DNA of 62,699 bases, counting the filler, from Phoronis australis (taxonomy: Eukaryota > Animalia > Phoronida): the NCBI GenBank assembly GCA_002633005.1. It is 8 parts of 8 records of this genome, joined end to end, with 100 filler letters (N's around TTAATTAATTAA, not from the genome) between each part and the next. Parts side by side here need not be neighbours in the genome. Positions count along the whole stretch, not along the records: positions 15,136 to 44,522 come from NMRA01000617.1; positions 44,623 to 51,229 come from NMRA01000834.1; 6 more parts are not named here. One strand, given 5' to 3'. Of this stretch, positions 38,791 to 51,229 are shown one piece after another (position 1 is the first letter of the stretch; every line of letters begins with the position of its first letter). The translations under genes and the position numbers were made by a program. The notes under the pieces were generated by a model. That model did no database searches. It was not told where the DNA came from and saw only the letters and a list, made by a program, of their open reading frames with translations.

Positions 38791-40075
38791 CTGTAGTAAA
38801 AACAATGCAGCAGTAAACCGATTCTAACATACATATAAAACTAACATTTGCCCGAGTTGCGCTCCAAACAAAACTGATTCACATTTTATTGTAAAAGCAC
38901 TAATATTGGCAGCAGTCTCTGATTGGCTGATATGTCAGTGGTTGACAGGACATCGACTGCTTATCACATATTTCTGCTCCATATTGGGGCATTGAGTGGA
39001 TAGAGTTTACATTGCGTTTTATAATTGTATCACCGATTCTTATTATTTACTGTATGCCAGTGTAGTAAAAAATTCTCAATGCCTTTTTGTATGGCACCTA
39101 GTTGTTCAAACTCTGTGAAAAACGTGTCGTCCGAGAGGGCAGGCATAGGACACCATCCGTTGCCCTTGCCTTGGTACAAAGCTGTATGCTAAATCAATTC
39201 AGAACAAAATACTGTTCCCTTTAATAAGCAAACTTGCAATCCATGTCTTTTCATTTCGCAAAAAACTAAGTGGTGAAGCAAGCTTTCTCTCCCAGATTAC
39301 AATAAACTGAAAACACAATTCCTATTCTTGAGACTACTCTAACACATTAGCAATCGTCTTCTGCATAATTTCAAATTTAACCAGTACTTAAAACAGTATG
39401 GAGTTTCACATTTTCAATTTTATGAAAAAATTTAATACCTTTAATGAGTCCCTTTCATAGACAAAAATGAAATCCTCTAGTTGGGCCCATTCCTTTGGAA
39501 AGCTCAGGGGTCATGGAAAATATGTTCTCCATGTTAGTGCAGGTGGACGTAGTCTCTCACTGATGATGTATGTTACAACGAAAATGGTGGATAGTTTTCA
39601 AGATATTTAAAAATACGAATGTGACGTTGCTTTAACAATATCTGCATGGACAGGCATAAGTTTTTATTTTTTCCAAAATACCACCAAATTATAATGCAAC
39701 ATAAAACAAACTCTATAAAGGTACAAAGGCTGGCTTACAGTATTTTTCAAACTAAACTACAATGTCGTAATTTGACAAGACTAATAAAATATTTGTTTCT
39801 TTTCTAATAGAATCCAATCCAATTCTAGCTAAATCTCAACAAAAGCAACTTATAGGACTAGACACAATGTCGACATTCAACTCTGACAAAAGTTCAACTA
39901 TAAACTGACAAATTATTTTGGGAAGAAGTTTATCCAAATTTGGCAGTCTTGGAGACTTCTGTTGAAGTCTTAATTTGTTAGCATCAGGTGATACATAGCT
40001 ACATCTATAAAATGCTCTCTGTCCCCACCAAGGTTTGAACCCCGGACTTTCTGCTAACCCGTTAGCCAACACCTG

Positions 40076-40476
40076 GGCCCGGTCTCTAATCTTTGTACTC
40101 GAAACGAACTCGAAACTATTTTTGGCAATTTCTCTGCTCCTTTTGTGCTAACTTAAGATAATTGGTTATCAGACTGTGCTCGAATACATTATAGTTTATG
40201 CATAGGAGTTTCTAGTTCAAGTTTGCCCTTGAAGTCCCTTATATTCGTGCTACAAACTTGAGTAAGAACTCGAAATTTCGAGTTCAAACTCGAACTTATT
40301 GCTTTAATATTGGGTTTACAAACTGTGAACTAAGGGCAATAAATTATCTACGCAAGTTATTGTGTACTCGAGCATAGAATAATAGACACTTATCTTGAGT
40401 TCGCCCAAAAGTGGAGTAGAAAATGCCAAACCTAATTTCGAGTTCCATTTCGAGTAAAAAGATTGGAGACCGGGCC
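40076..40476. mobile_element. Complete PIF/Harbinger-like MITE
   Basis: TIR GGCCCGGTCTC(T/C)AATCTTT; 3-bp CTG TSD at 40073-75 and 40477-79. Confidence 0.9.
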
Positions 40477-42639
40477 CTGATGTGATCAACATATGGCATA
40501 TTTGAAGACCAACAGTTATACGACAACATTCACTGTGCAGTAAAAGAAAAGTGTTCAAGCATCAGGTTAAGGTTATGGGAGATCCTAGACAAATGTCTAA
40601 ACTTGGTAAAGCGGAAAACATATCTTGCAAATGGCTGATAGGATTCCAATAAAAACTTTCAGATCTTGTACTTTATGCACTGTTCCCCATCAGGCTTTTA
40701 GAGATTGTCTTTTGACTGATCTGCTTTGGCATGGGAGGGCTAGCTAAAACTGGGACTTTCAGTAATTTCATGAAAAACTCAAACATTGATTAAATGAAAA
40801 GGGTTACTAAAAAAACATTTATATAAAAAGAAAACTGGTCATATCAACTCCACTCTTTTGTCATGAATGTATTTCTTTTTTCCAGATCTTATTAAAAATA
40901 TGGTCAAGGGACCCAATTAATGAAAGATTGATATATAAAGTCATTATATAAAGACTCTCTACTTTCATGAATTAAAGTAGTGTTTTAGAAAGTTAAATTC
41001 CAAAGTTTGTAGATATTTGTCAGTAAAGTGTTGCATAACCTTATGTCCTGACATTAAATTTTGAGTTACTCATGTTGTTTCATTACATGACAACTGATAC
41101 TTCTGTCCTCTGATTGTCTGGAACACAGTTTGATAATTTTGACCCACCAGCCTATGGAATAACACTTTTCATTTACGCCACCAGGATGTCACGCAACTAG
41201 CAATGTGACTAATCAGATACCATAAAAATCACAAACCCTGACAACAAAGTAAGCAGACAATGTCAGTACATCAAACTTAGCATTAAAGCATCTGTAGCCA
41301 TTTAATAAAAGAAATATAGACTGATCTATGAGGCAGATTAGGTTACATAGACCTTAGAGGGACATATGCTGCATTTAAGGTAATTCATTGGCAAGCAGCT
41401 TCAACTGTCGTACCAGCAATGAAATGGGGTCCTACATCTTTGGCAAATCTGTTGACCTACATACAACGAGTTTTGAAAAGTGAACAAGGATCCAGATTTA
41501 CTGTCAGTAGCTAATATGTCATTACCTCTGTATGCTCCTCACTCACATGGGAACATTTGTATCAAACTTTACTGTGTGCCACCATGCTCCTCACTCACAT
41601 GGGAACGTTTGTATCAAACTTTACTGTGTGCCACCATGTTTCAGTCCAGTTGTTAAATATTAACAACTGTAATTAGAGATGTCGACAACCTGCAAAAGAC
41701 GCATATGCGTATGTTACCTCACTCAGTCACTCAGTCACTCAGTCTAACATGGTTGCTTCAAACAGCGAATCCTAGGCAGTGGTTTGCAAGCTATTGTGCC
41801 AAAACAAGTGGTATAGACAGTATTATTTCACTGGGCCACTTTTGTATGTCTTTACATACATTGGCATAATGTTATGTGGGTCTGTACTGAGAGAAAGGCA
41901 AAAATATCGTAGGCCAGAAAAGTCTAATGATCTTTATGAGAACATTCAAAACCTGTCAACAGAATTTCAGAGTTGTTTTCTGTAACTTTTGGCATATTGT
42001 CATCACTATATAGACCTGATGACATCACAACAGCAAACCAATGAAAAACTAATATTCATTAAATTGCACGTTTAAAAATGAAATGAGTATTTCCACTTTA
42101 TTTGCCAAAAATAACAGTACTTTTACTCAACAAGCGTTATNNNNNNNNNNNNNNNNNNNNNNNNNNNNNNNNNNNNNNNNNNNNNNNNNNNNNNNNNNNN
42201 NNNNNNNNNNNNNNNNNNNNNNNNNNNNNNNNNNNNNNNNNNNNNNNNNNNNNNNNNNNNNNNNNNNNNNNNNNNNNNNNNNNNNNNNNNNNNNNNNNNN
42301 NNNNNNNNNNNNNNNNNNNNNNNNNNNNNNNNNNNNNNNNNNNNNNNNNNNNNNNNNNNNNNNNNNNNNNNNNNNNNNNNNNNNNNNNNNNNNNNNNNNN
42401 NNNNNNNNNNNNNNTTATTTCTCTCACGTTTCTTGATTGGGCAACTGGCTTTTTATTAAAGAAACAATGGTATGTTCCTGTTTCGGATGGATTCGATGTA
42501 CTTTGTGCCATCTAGTGGCCGTTTTTATGATACAAATAAACACCCGTAAAAGCAGTGTTTGCTGTGCATTCGTGGGCACATTTCTTCCCTCTGCGTTGCT
42601 CTTGTTATTATATTGTGACTGGAATGTTGTTCAATTACA

Positions 42640-44522
42640 ACAAAACAATCCTAATCTGAAAATGGGAATTGAGAATCTAAAATGCTCTTTTAATCTTGTG
42701 GACCCATTGAGAATAGTCCAAAAATGCTTTTCATTGTTTAAAAAGACTCCTTGCAAAATGTCTAGATTTTTTAGTCAGCAATGAGTTTTTGAACATGGTG
42801 GATAGCGTAAACTCTTAGTCCAGGTTACAGAACAAAACACTCAAGTATTTGTTTTACATTTAACTGTTAGTAGCAATTTTCAAAAACAGCGCAGTTTCTG
42901 ACGACTTAATAATTCTGTTAGATGATCATTATTTAACCAAAGTTAGAAATGTGACCATCGATACTATTGAGGAGTATTCTGCTGAGCCATACAATAATGA
43001 ACACTTTAATGAAGAATTATTGAAGGATATTAACCCGATTGTTGATCATCTTTTATTTTTTGGTGTTTTTTGAACAACATCAGGGCAATTACTATAACAT
43101 TTTCTGTTGCAAAGTAGAAGCAAAAACAAAAGCTTTTAGAGGATTGAATTAGGTTTTTCAAATATTGTTTATGAAGAGTTAATGCAGGAATGCAATGTCC
43201 ATTTGTAAAAAATGAGAAAATTGAAGAAGGTGATAAGGCAACACAGTACTTTTGTGGCTTAGAAAACCAAAACTTAGTTAAGATAACAATAACTAGGGTG
43301 GTAAAGCCCACGGGTGATACGAAAAAAATTAGCGATATTGATCGAGCAAGAAATAAAATTGCATTAAAAAACATGAAAAATAACAAAAGCCCAGGAATTG
43401 ATGGTTTTGCTTTTGGAAGGAATTATCACCCTTCTTGTTTAGATCTTTCAAGTATATAGTAGTGAAATGAAATCCCCACTTCGCAACTGCAATGAGTAAT
43501 TAAAGTTCTGCTAAAATCGGGTTAGCCATGATAATTAAAAAAAATAAAATTTTGTCATCTTGTTTAGTACAAAGACTGAATAAAGTTCTTAAAAAATTGA
43601 TTCACCCAGATCAGACAGGACTTTTATCTGGTCAATTTATTGGTGAAAACACTTCTCTGAACTCTTCATGACATTTTGTATAATACGAACTCAAGCAAAC
43701 TTTTGGGTCTTGGAACAATAGTGGATTTTGGCAAAGAATTTTATACATTGTCCTGGAATTTTGTGTTTAATGTTCTTAAGATGTTTGAGTTCGGAGATAT
43801 TTTTTGTGAAAGGACAAAAATTTATACAAAAACTCACAACTTTGCGTTATGCAACATGACATTGCCTGCCAGACTTTCTCAAAGTTGAACGAGGGTGCAA
43901 ACAAGGGGAACCAATCTCGTGTTATTTGTTTGGGCTTTGCAATGAAATTTTGGACTACATGTTTAGAAATAATAATGAAGTAAAGGGAATTAATAGTGGA
44001 ACTCGAGAAGTAACGATACCACAGTGCGTGGATGATATGAGTGTCACAGGCGGCTTCTCAAGAAGGCACTGGATCTCCCGTAGCAATTTGCTATTTCGGT
44101 CTTAAACTTAACATTTAAAAAAATGAGTTGAAATGGATTGGAAACAGGAAGTATGATACCTGATTTCGCAAAAACTACTATACATTGGTTAAAAACATAA
44201 TTTTATAGTATTCAATTTAGCGTGAATCTAGACAAAGTGATTGGTTTGAGCTCACGGTAAATGCAAAATTTCTGATATTCAAAATGTCTTATGCTCTTGA
44301 TCCAGAAGATACCTCAGTGTTCTGGGGAAAAACCTTTATTATTGCCAAAGCTTATCCATCTTTTCTTAAGTCTCCCATCACCGAAGGACGATTTTATTAA
44401 ACAACTGCAGAAAATGTTTTTTTCAGTTTATTTGGAGTAAGAAGAGATAGAATTTCTGTTAAGACAATCGTTCAGAATTATACAGTTTGTGGTCTTAACA
44501 TTATTCATTTACTTTCTTTTAT
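42640..44522 (+). mobile_element. Decayed Tx1/L1-clade LINE ORF2 (end of EN plus RT)
   Basis: Frameshifted motifs EGDKATQYFCGLE, KSPGIDG, LIHPDQTG, RGCKQGEPIS, QCVDD. Confidence 0.88.
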
Positions 44523-44693
44523 NNNNNNNNNNNNNNNNNNNNNNNNNNNNNNNNNNNNNNNNNNNNTTAATTAATTAANNNNNNNNNNNNNNNNNNNNNN
44601 NNNNNNNNNNNNNNNNNNNNNNAAGTAGGTTTCGCGCGCAAACGCTGTGGACCATAAACAAGTACGTCTCTTAGTATGAGATTAGTAGCTAAA

Positions 44694-44762
44694 GCGTGCT
44701 GGTGTAGTGGTAACGCACGCGCGCTCTATGCGCAAGGTCATGAGTTCGAGTCTTTGGTACTT
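44694..44762 (+). other. tRNA-derived sequence (SINE head or pseudo-tRNA) inside a MITE ending at about 45027
   Basis: A box TGGTGTAGTGG and B box GAGTTCGAGTC; acceptor stem not intact. Confidence 0.55.
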
Positions 44763-45394
44763 GCAGTTTTTTCCTGTTTGACACGTTCTCCGTGTTTTTT
44801 TTTTGCCTTTTTTTCTTGGTTAATACTTCAGGAATCAAGGAAAATACTTGATTTTTAGAGGTCAAAACACTGAGAAAAATTTCCTGGGCGGGAGGGGGGC
44901 AATCCGCCCTCCCGACCTCCCCCCATTTGGTGCTATGCGCATCTACAATCGTGGTTCAGTTTGCGCAAATGTTTACAGCCGGACAAAATGTTGGGCCCCC
45001 CCTTGTGATATCCTAGATCCGCCACTGAAAATACATTCTACACTTAAAACTATCATTTAAATAAACGCTTACTTTCATCGTTGGTCCTTTCTACTTCTAT
45101 ACATATCTTTGATGAAGCTTAGTTGTGAGAATTAAGTTGACTTTGGCGAAGAATTACAACTCCTCTTTTTTGGTTGCCATTAATTTTATCACCGCGTGCG
45201 CGAGAACCACAAAGCATGTCAACTGAATTGCACGTGAGTTAGGCAAAGGTTAGCGCTAGACTGAGCGAAGCGCGTGACGCTAGCGCGCGACACTTGTAAA
45301 ATAGCATGAGAAGGTATCGGGTGACACTTGTAAGATGTGTGTCCCTTGGACTTTTTATTCGTCAACATGCGTAATTTCACGTAAGTTCCTCAAA

Positions 45395-45885
45395 ATGGCA
45401 CCCAGTAACTGAGAGTAACTCGAGCAAACCGCGACAGATTTTCATCGATTTGTTCAAGTTTTGCTGACTAAATTTTATCCAGAGTCGTGGTATGTGTTAA
45501 TTATAACTCCGTGTTCCTAAATGTATGGTTCATTTGATTTTATTTGCTGTATTTTGAAATAAGTAACTTTTTGTGAGGATGTACTATCACCCCTGAATGC
45601 CTGCGGCATCCAGTGCAATGTAATTGCCAGTAGGGGCCATCGTGTGTGCAGCGAACATTTTCCTGGTGGAAAAAGACGTATGAGAACAACATTCCGACGG
45701 AGTTTCCTCTTAAAATTAACGTCTCTAGCATATCCACGGCGAAAGCTGCAAAAGTTAAGCAACCCAAGAACTCTCAACTAGTCTGAAACCGGAGGAGATT
45801 TGGAAATCAACGCCGATAGCCCCAATACTGAACATGACGAGAGTCGTGCCCTCGGTCACACGATCACTGATCATAGCTACGCTGT
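45395..45885 (+). mobile_element. THAP-domain transposase 5' remnant (ISL2EU/Harbinger-like or Kolobok-like)
   Basis: HRVCSEHFPGG then frameshifted KTYENNIPTEFP; downstream DHSYA motif. Confidence 0.65.
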
Positions 45886-46142
45886 GTTTACAAACGAGAA
45901 AGAGGACGTGCTTGGTATTATAAAGCAAAAAATGAAACATGGTTTTTAGTTTGCAAATCACTCCAAATGCACACACTATACAGCCTGCTCAAGACATGAC
46001 GCAGGTGAGTGCAGGCAAGTTAGACTCGTAGACCAACCTACACACACCGTGGAAGGAGGTGCAAGAACTGGGCCAAGTGGCATTCCATATAAAGGTTACG
46101 AGTGCCCGAAGCTCCTGAGACAACTGTGGCAGTTTATTTATT

Positions 46143-46194
46143 TATTACTTGGCGAAATAAATTTCGCCAAGTATGTTGCTCTTCCACTAAGTTT

Positions 46195-46228
<34 letters not shown>

Positions 46229-46858
46229 NNNNNNNNNNNNNNNNNNNNNNNNNNNNNNNNNNNNNNNNNNNNNNNNNNNNNNNNNNNNNNNNNNNNNNNN
46301 NNNNNNNNNNNNNNNNNNNNNNNNNNNNNNNNNNNNNNNNNNNNNNNNNNNNNNNNNNNGCGATACCATCACTTTAGATAGAACTTTGAACGGGCTTTCA
46401 GAAGATGCTTTCCATTTTTCTCTACGATGTCTACTTTTTGAGTTATTTGAGATTTACTGATAACGCTGTTCCTTTGTTGAACGCTCTTGCTGCATTCAGG
46501 TTGGTTTAGCTACAATTGAACTAGACTGCAGCCTATTTCTTAATGATTTATGACATCTAAATTCGTCATATGAATGTTGTGATGTTGTTCATCATCGCCA
46601 CCAACATCATCATATTCGTCATCATCGTCATCATCTTCGTCATCATCTCCGTCTTTTCCTCAATTTCGCCAAGTGTCGCTCAAGACTAGCCTTTTTCTTA
46701 CTGATTTCGGACTCCTACGTTCGTCATGTGTATGTTATTAACTTCTTTTGTTCATCCTCGCCACTATCTTCGTCATATTCGTCATCTTCGTCATCATCTT
46801 TATCGTCATCTTTTTGGTTAATTTCGCCAAGGTTCGCTCCTCGGAGCGCTTTCATTTA
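46143..46858 (+). mobile_element. HINE/DINE-like Helentron derivative with both termini visible
   Basis: 5' TTATTACTTGGCGAAAT..ATTTCGCCAAGTA hairpin; 3' subterminal ATTTCGCCAAG, then CGCTCCTCGGAGCG hairpin and T-run. Confidence 0.75.
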
Positions 46859-47465
46859 TTTATTTGTTAAAGTAATATTTACAATGAAGGTAACCCCATC
46901 TTTTTTCCACTGTTTTCCATGGGGGCCCTTAGTAAAAACACACAGAGGCAGTAAGACAAACAAACATTATTACAAAATGAAAGACAAGATTTAAATGAAA
47001 CTAACATGAAAAGACTAATGAAACAAAATGATTAATAAAAACCCAATAAATAGAAGATACTAAAGGTTAGACAACAGGATTAAATAATAAAAAATAAATA
47101 TATCTAATAAATAGACAATAAATAGTAGTTAATAAAAGTAAGACATAACACACACAGACACACACACACGCACACACACACACACACGCACACACACAAA
47201 AATAAAATACTCATGCTACTCTGAAGATATTGAAGACATGTTTTCTACACGAAACACTTCTAATTAAATTGGTTTCTGATAATTCATTTAAAGCTTATTA
47301 AGAAAGACGCAGATTTGGCACCGGAGGAGAGAGTGCTCCATAAATAATGTCCACTGTAAGTTAATGATTTTTTCCACTTTCGGTTTTTGGATTTCGGACG
47401 GTTGAAATTGGATGATAGTGAGGCCCCAGAGTTATAGCGATTAGCAGTCATAAACTTAACACTTA
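46859..47465 (-). mobile_element. L2/CR1-group (Crack/Daphne-like) LINE 3' end containing a (CA)n tract
   Basis: Minus-strand KSLTYSGHYLWSTL..SFK; 3' UTR GGCCCCCATGGAAAACAG and (AATA)n tail. Confidence 0.65.
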
Positions 47466-47474
47466 CGTATGTTC

Positions 47475-49560
47475 CTGAAGACGATAAGTTTCAAAGGTGT
47501 GACACCAAGTTACTGGAAGATTCCAGAAGTTTTTTTATGCCACAAGATAAGTACTCTGATTCTATCGAACAATTCCACACCATTTCGCTCCTGAACACCA
47601 AGAGGACAATTTTCTTTTCAGTTCTACCAAGAAGAATACATGATAACAAACAAGTATTTTGCCATATCTATTTAGAAGGGAGGCATACCAGGTTTTGTAG
47701 CGTGCGTAGAGCATGTTAGTGTTTTGAGTCACCTCATCTTTGAGACAAAGAAGAAAAAAAGAGGGCTTACTTGCGTCCGGTGAGATTACATCCCACACAA
47801 ACTGATAGATGTTGCGTTGTCGTATATCCTAGAAAGCGTAACGAACATCATTGTGAGCTACTTTATAGCGGATTCAGACTGAGCTTCACTTCATGCAACT
47901 TGACGTCAGACTGGTATGCCTTGAGAAAGGCAACATCACGAGTTGCTCAGTATCTCCAAACCTGTTTGTCATGCAGAAGAACAGAAGACCGATCCAGATG
48001 ACCCAAAATGGAGTCGGGTATCTACCTCCCATTAAGGTTCATGGACGAGCATACAATTGCCACCCTCGGCAATTAAAGAGGCAGGCACGTTGGCACGGAC
48101 GAAATTCAAACTAAGGAAATCCCGTTGCATGATTGTCAGGAAGGGGAAGATCACGCACCAGTTTAAATGTAAGAGTCAAGTCTAAAAGATTCCACCAATC
48201 GTGGATGAGCCGATCATGTGCCCAAGCAAGTGGTTCGATGAGAACCTGGATGACTCGAGCAACGTCAAAAATGTCGTCCACTAAGCGAGCAAAGGTTTGA
48301 AGAAAATAGTCAACAGTGCCTGCTTGCCAGGGAAATTTAAGGCATGAAGGTACCAACATCAGCTACTCCCACGTATGGTGTGGAGATAACTGCTCTATAA
48401 GGTACCTTTAACAACAGTCAAATCGATGCATCGGGAAGTTAGCAAAGTGCCATACGACGGTGGCTTGGAGTACCACTCAGAGCCCAGTTACCTTTATCAA
48501 CACCTTTTTGAAGAATGGAAGGGGAAAATGTATAGGTTGGTGATACCTCTGCCAGGTTTCAAAGATGTGAAGTTTCGACAGACGGGTATATTGACGCGAA
48601 TAGGACGGACGTGGTTAGCGAGTTCAGCACTTGAAGATGCCGAGCACGTACTCGATCGCTAGGTGTCGAGCTTAGAAAGTTATCCAATTAAACCCTCGTG
48701 TGCTCAAGTATAGTATAATAGACACCTATCTAGAGTTCTCATCAAATTGGACTACAAAATGCCGAGTTCGATTTCGAGAAAAGTATGAGACCCAGTGTCC
48801 AGGTGTTAAGAAGCTGATGTGTTAAAACAGGGGAGGGAGAAAAGATCGGCGCAGCCAAGGCAATCGAGAACTATGCGTTTCGTCCGCACAGGAGAAAATC
48901 GCCAACCAGTGCTATGCAGGATCCTTCTATACCGAATGAGATTGACTGGAGATGAGAGCCAACCTACAGCAGAAACTTAATTTCCCAGGTGTGGTGACAA
49001 CAACGTTACGTCCAGACATTGGGACATGATCGGCAGGCCAGACATTTACTACTGTTATTGAACTGACTGTGAAGAAGCATGTGCGAGGAATAAAGCCAGT
49101 ATACGGAGTTAATAAAACCTTGTAGAGGGGGCTGGCGAATATGGCTCTTCCCACTAAAGTTGGGTTTATGATTTTTCTTATATGGTCTGTGTGGTGAATA
49201 CTTCATGCTCTCGGCATTCGGAGAACAAAACAGAGGGCAGCAGATTAGTTGAGGAAGCAGAGAAAGCATCATGTTGGCTGTGGTGCAGACAATCAGAACC
49301 AGCTTGGAGGCCGTTCTTTGATATGCAGTGATTAGCCATCGCCATGGGCCTGTCAGCGTACCTAGTTACGGGTTTACGACCGAAATTTGTTTGGAAGCGG
49401 GGTACTTGTCTGATGTCGACATGCCCGAAGAAGCAACGCCTACAACGATCAACAACCGCCCATCGACCCAATTCGGAAAGGCCTGAGACACAATGGGGCC
49501 AGCAACAACATTTTATCTTACGATGCACGAGTCCCTTAATAAATGACGTCCTGCAGTTTA
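47475..49560 (+). mobile_element. Decayed RLE-type non-LTR retrotransposon (HERO/NeSL-like)
   Basis: FHTISLLN..IFFSVL RT motif; LRPDI..LLLIELTV endonuclease motif; AEKASCWLW terminus. Confidence 0.8.
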
Positions 49561-50057
49561 CACTGCAGCAAGTTAATTTAAACGTAAACTACTCAAAACA
49601 CACTAAAATGCATGTGAAGTTTTGTGTGACTGACGTAGATGCTACTATAGAAAATACAAAACGATCTTTAGGTATTTTATAGCGTCCACTGGAAGAATTA
49701 CCTTAGGCTTCTAAATAATTAAGGCATCACTGTAACATAACTTGTTCAGTTGATTTAATTACTTAGAAGGAATATAAATGTGCCTTGAATCCCGTTTTGT
49801 ATGAGAAGACAAGCTCAGAAGTTCACGCTTTCAGACTACCCTAACAAAATCGCTAACGCACCATGGATACGAATCGGGGATCTTGAACTCGGGTCATTCA
49901 TTCACATGCACGGTTCTACTCTCACGAAACACTGTTTACACATCCAAAATGTGGTTCTAAGACTCACAAGACTAAGGAATTACCTCTATGACCCCGTAAA
50001 GAGTCTGTCTTGAGTGTTTTAAAGTGTTTAGAACGACCACTTCCATGTCAAACACAC

Positions 50058-51229
50058 AAAATAACGAGAGCGCTCGGAAGAGCGAAACTTGGCGGAATTA
50101 ATCGAAAAGACCACGATGGGGAGGACGATGACAATTATGACGATCAAAGCGGCAATTACACTATATGAATAACACGATAACATTCATGTGACTAGCGAAG
50201 GAATCAAATAGAGAGCATACAATAAACTACAATGAAGAAAAAGACGACGATGGGGAGGACGACGACGATCATGACGATGAAGGCAACAATTATGAATAAC
50301 ACGATAACATTCATGTGACTAGCGAAGAAATCAAATAGAGAGCATTCAATCAACTACAATAAAGAACAATAGATGGCGCAACATGACGGTCCAGTCTACA
50401 GTAGAACAGTGCTGGCTGGGTCAGTCTGCGTCAACTAGGCATAACCAAAACAAAGTGAACTGAAAGCCAGCCAGCTGCGTGCTTGCATTTAGGTTACCGA
50501 AGGAACAACGGTATCCGAAAATCTCAAATAATTCAAAAAGTAGACGTCGTAGCGCAAAATGGAAAATATCTTCTGAAAGCCCGTTCAAAACTCTATCCAA
50601 AATGGTAGTATGGCAAACTCGATAACATTCATGTGACTAGCGAAAAAATCAAATACAGAGCACACAATCAACTACAATAAAGAACAATAGATGGCGCAAC
50701 ATGACGGTCCAGTCTACAGTAGAACAGTGCTGGCTGGGTCAGTCTGGGCCAACTAGGCATAATCAAAACAAAGTGAACTGAAAGCCAGCCAGCTGTGTGC
50801 TTGCATTTAGGTGACCAAAGGAACAACGGTATCCGAAAATCTCAAATAATTCAAAAAGTAGATGTCGTAGCGCAAAATGGAAAATATCTCCTGAAAGCCC
50901 GTTCAAAACTCTATCTAAAATGTTAGTTTGGCAAACACGATAACATTCATGTGACTAGCGAAGAAATCAAATAGAGAGCACACAATCAACTACAATAAAG
51001 AACAATAGATGGCGCAACATGACGGTCCAGTCTACAGTAGAACAGTGCTGGCTGGGTCAGTCTGGGCCAACTAGGCATAATCAAAACAAAGTGAACTGAA
51101 AGCCAGCCAGCTGTGTGCTTGCATTTAGGTGACCAAAGGAACAACGGTATCCGAAAATCTCAAATAATTCAAAAAGTAGATGTCGTAGCGCAAAATGGAA
51201 AATATCTCCTGAAAGCCCGTTCAAAACTC
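50058..51229 (-). mobile_element. HINE-like element with an internal 318-bp tandem expansion (about 3 copies, runs into a gap)
   Basis: Terminal GCGCTCGGAAGAGCG hairpin plus CTTGGCG; unit starts at 50302, 50620 and 50938; unit includes the sequence at 480-660. Confidence 0.85.

Noticed and set aside
41533-41638. 52-bp direct duplication (also about 70 bp at 10428/10593)
   Set aside because: Simple local duplications with no associated structure
44694-44762. Functional tRNA gene
   Set aside because: Has A and B boxes but no intact cloverleaf, and sits in a repeat; a similar remnant lies at about 40020-40070 on the minus strand
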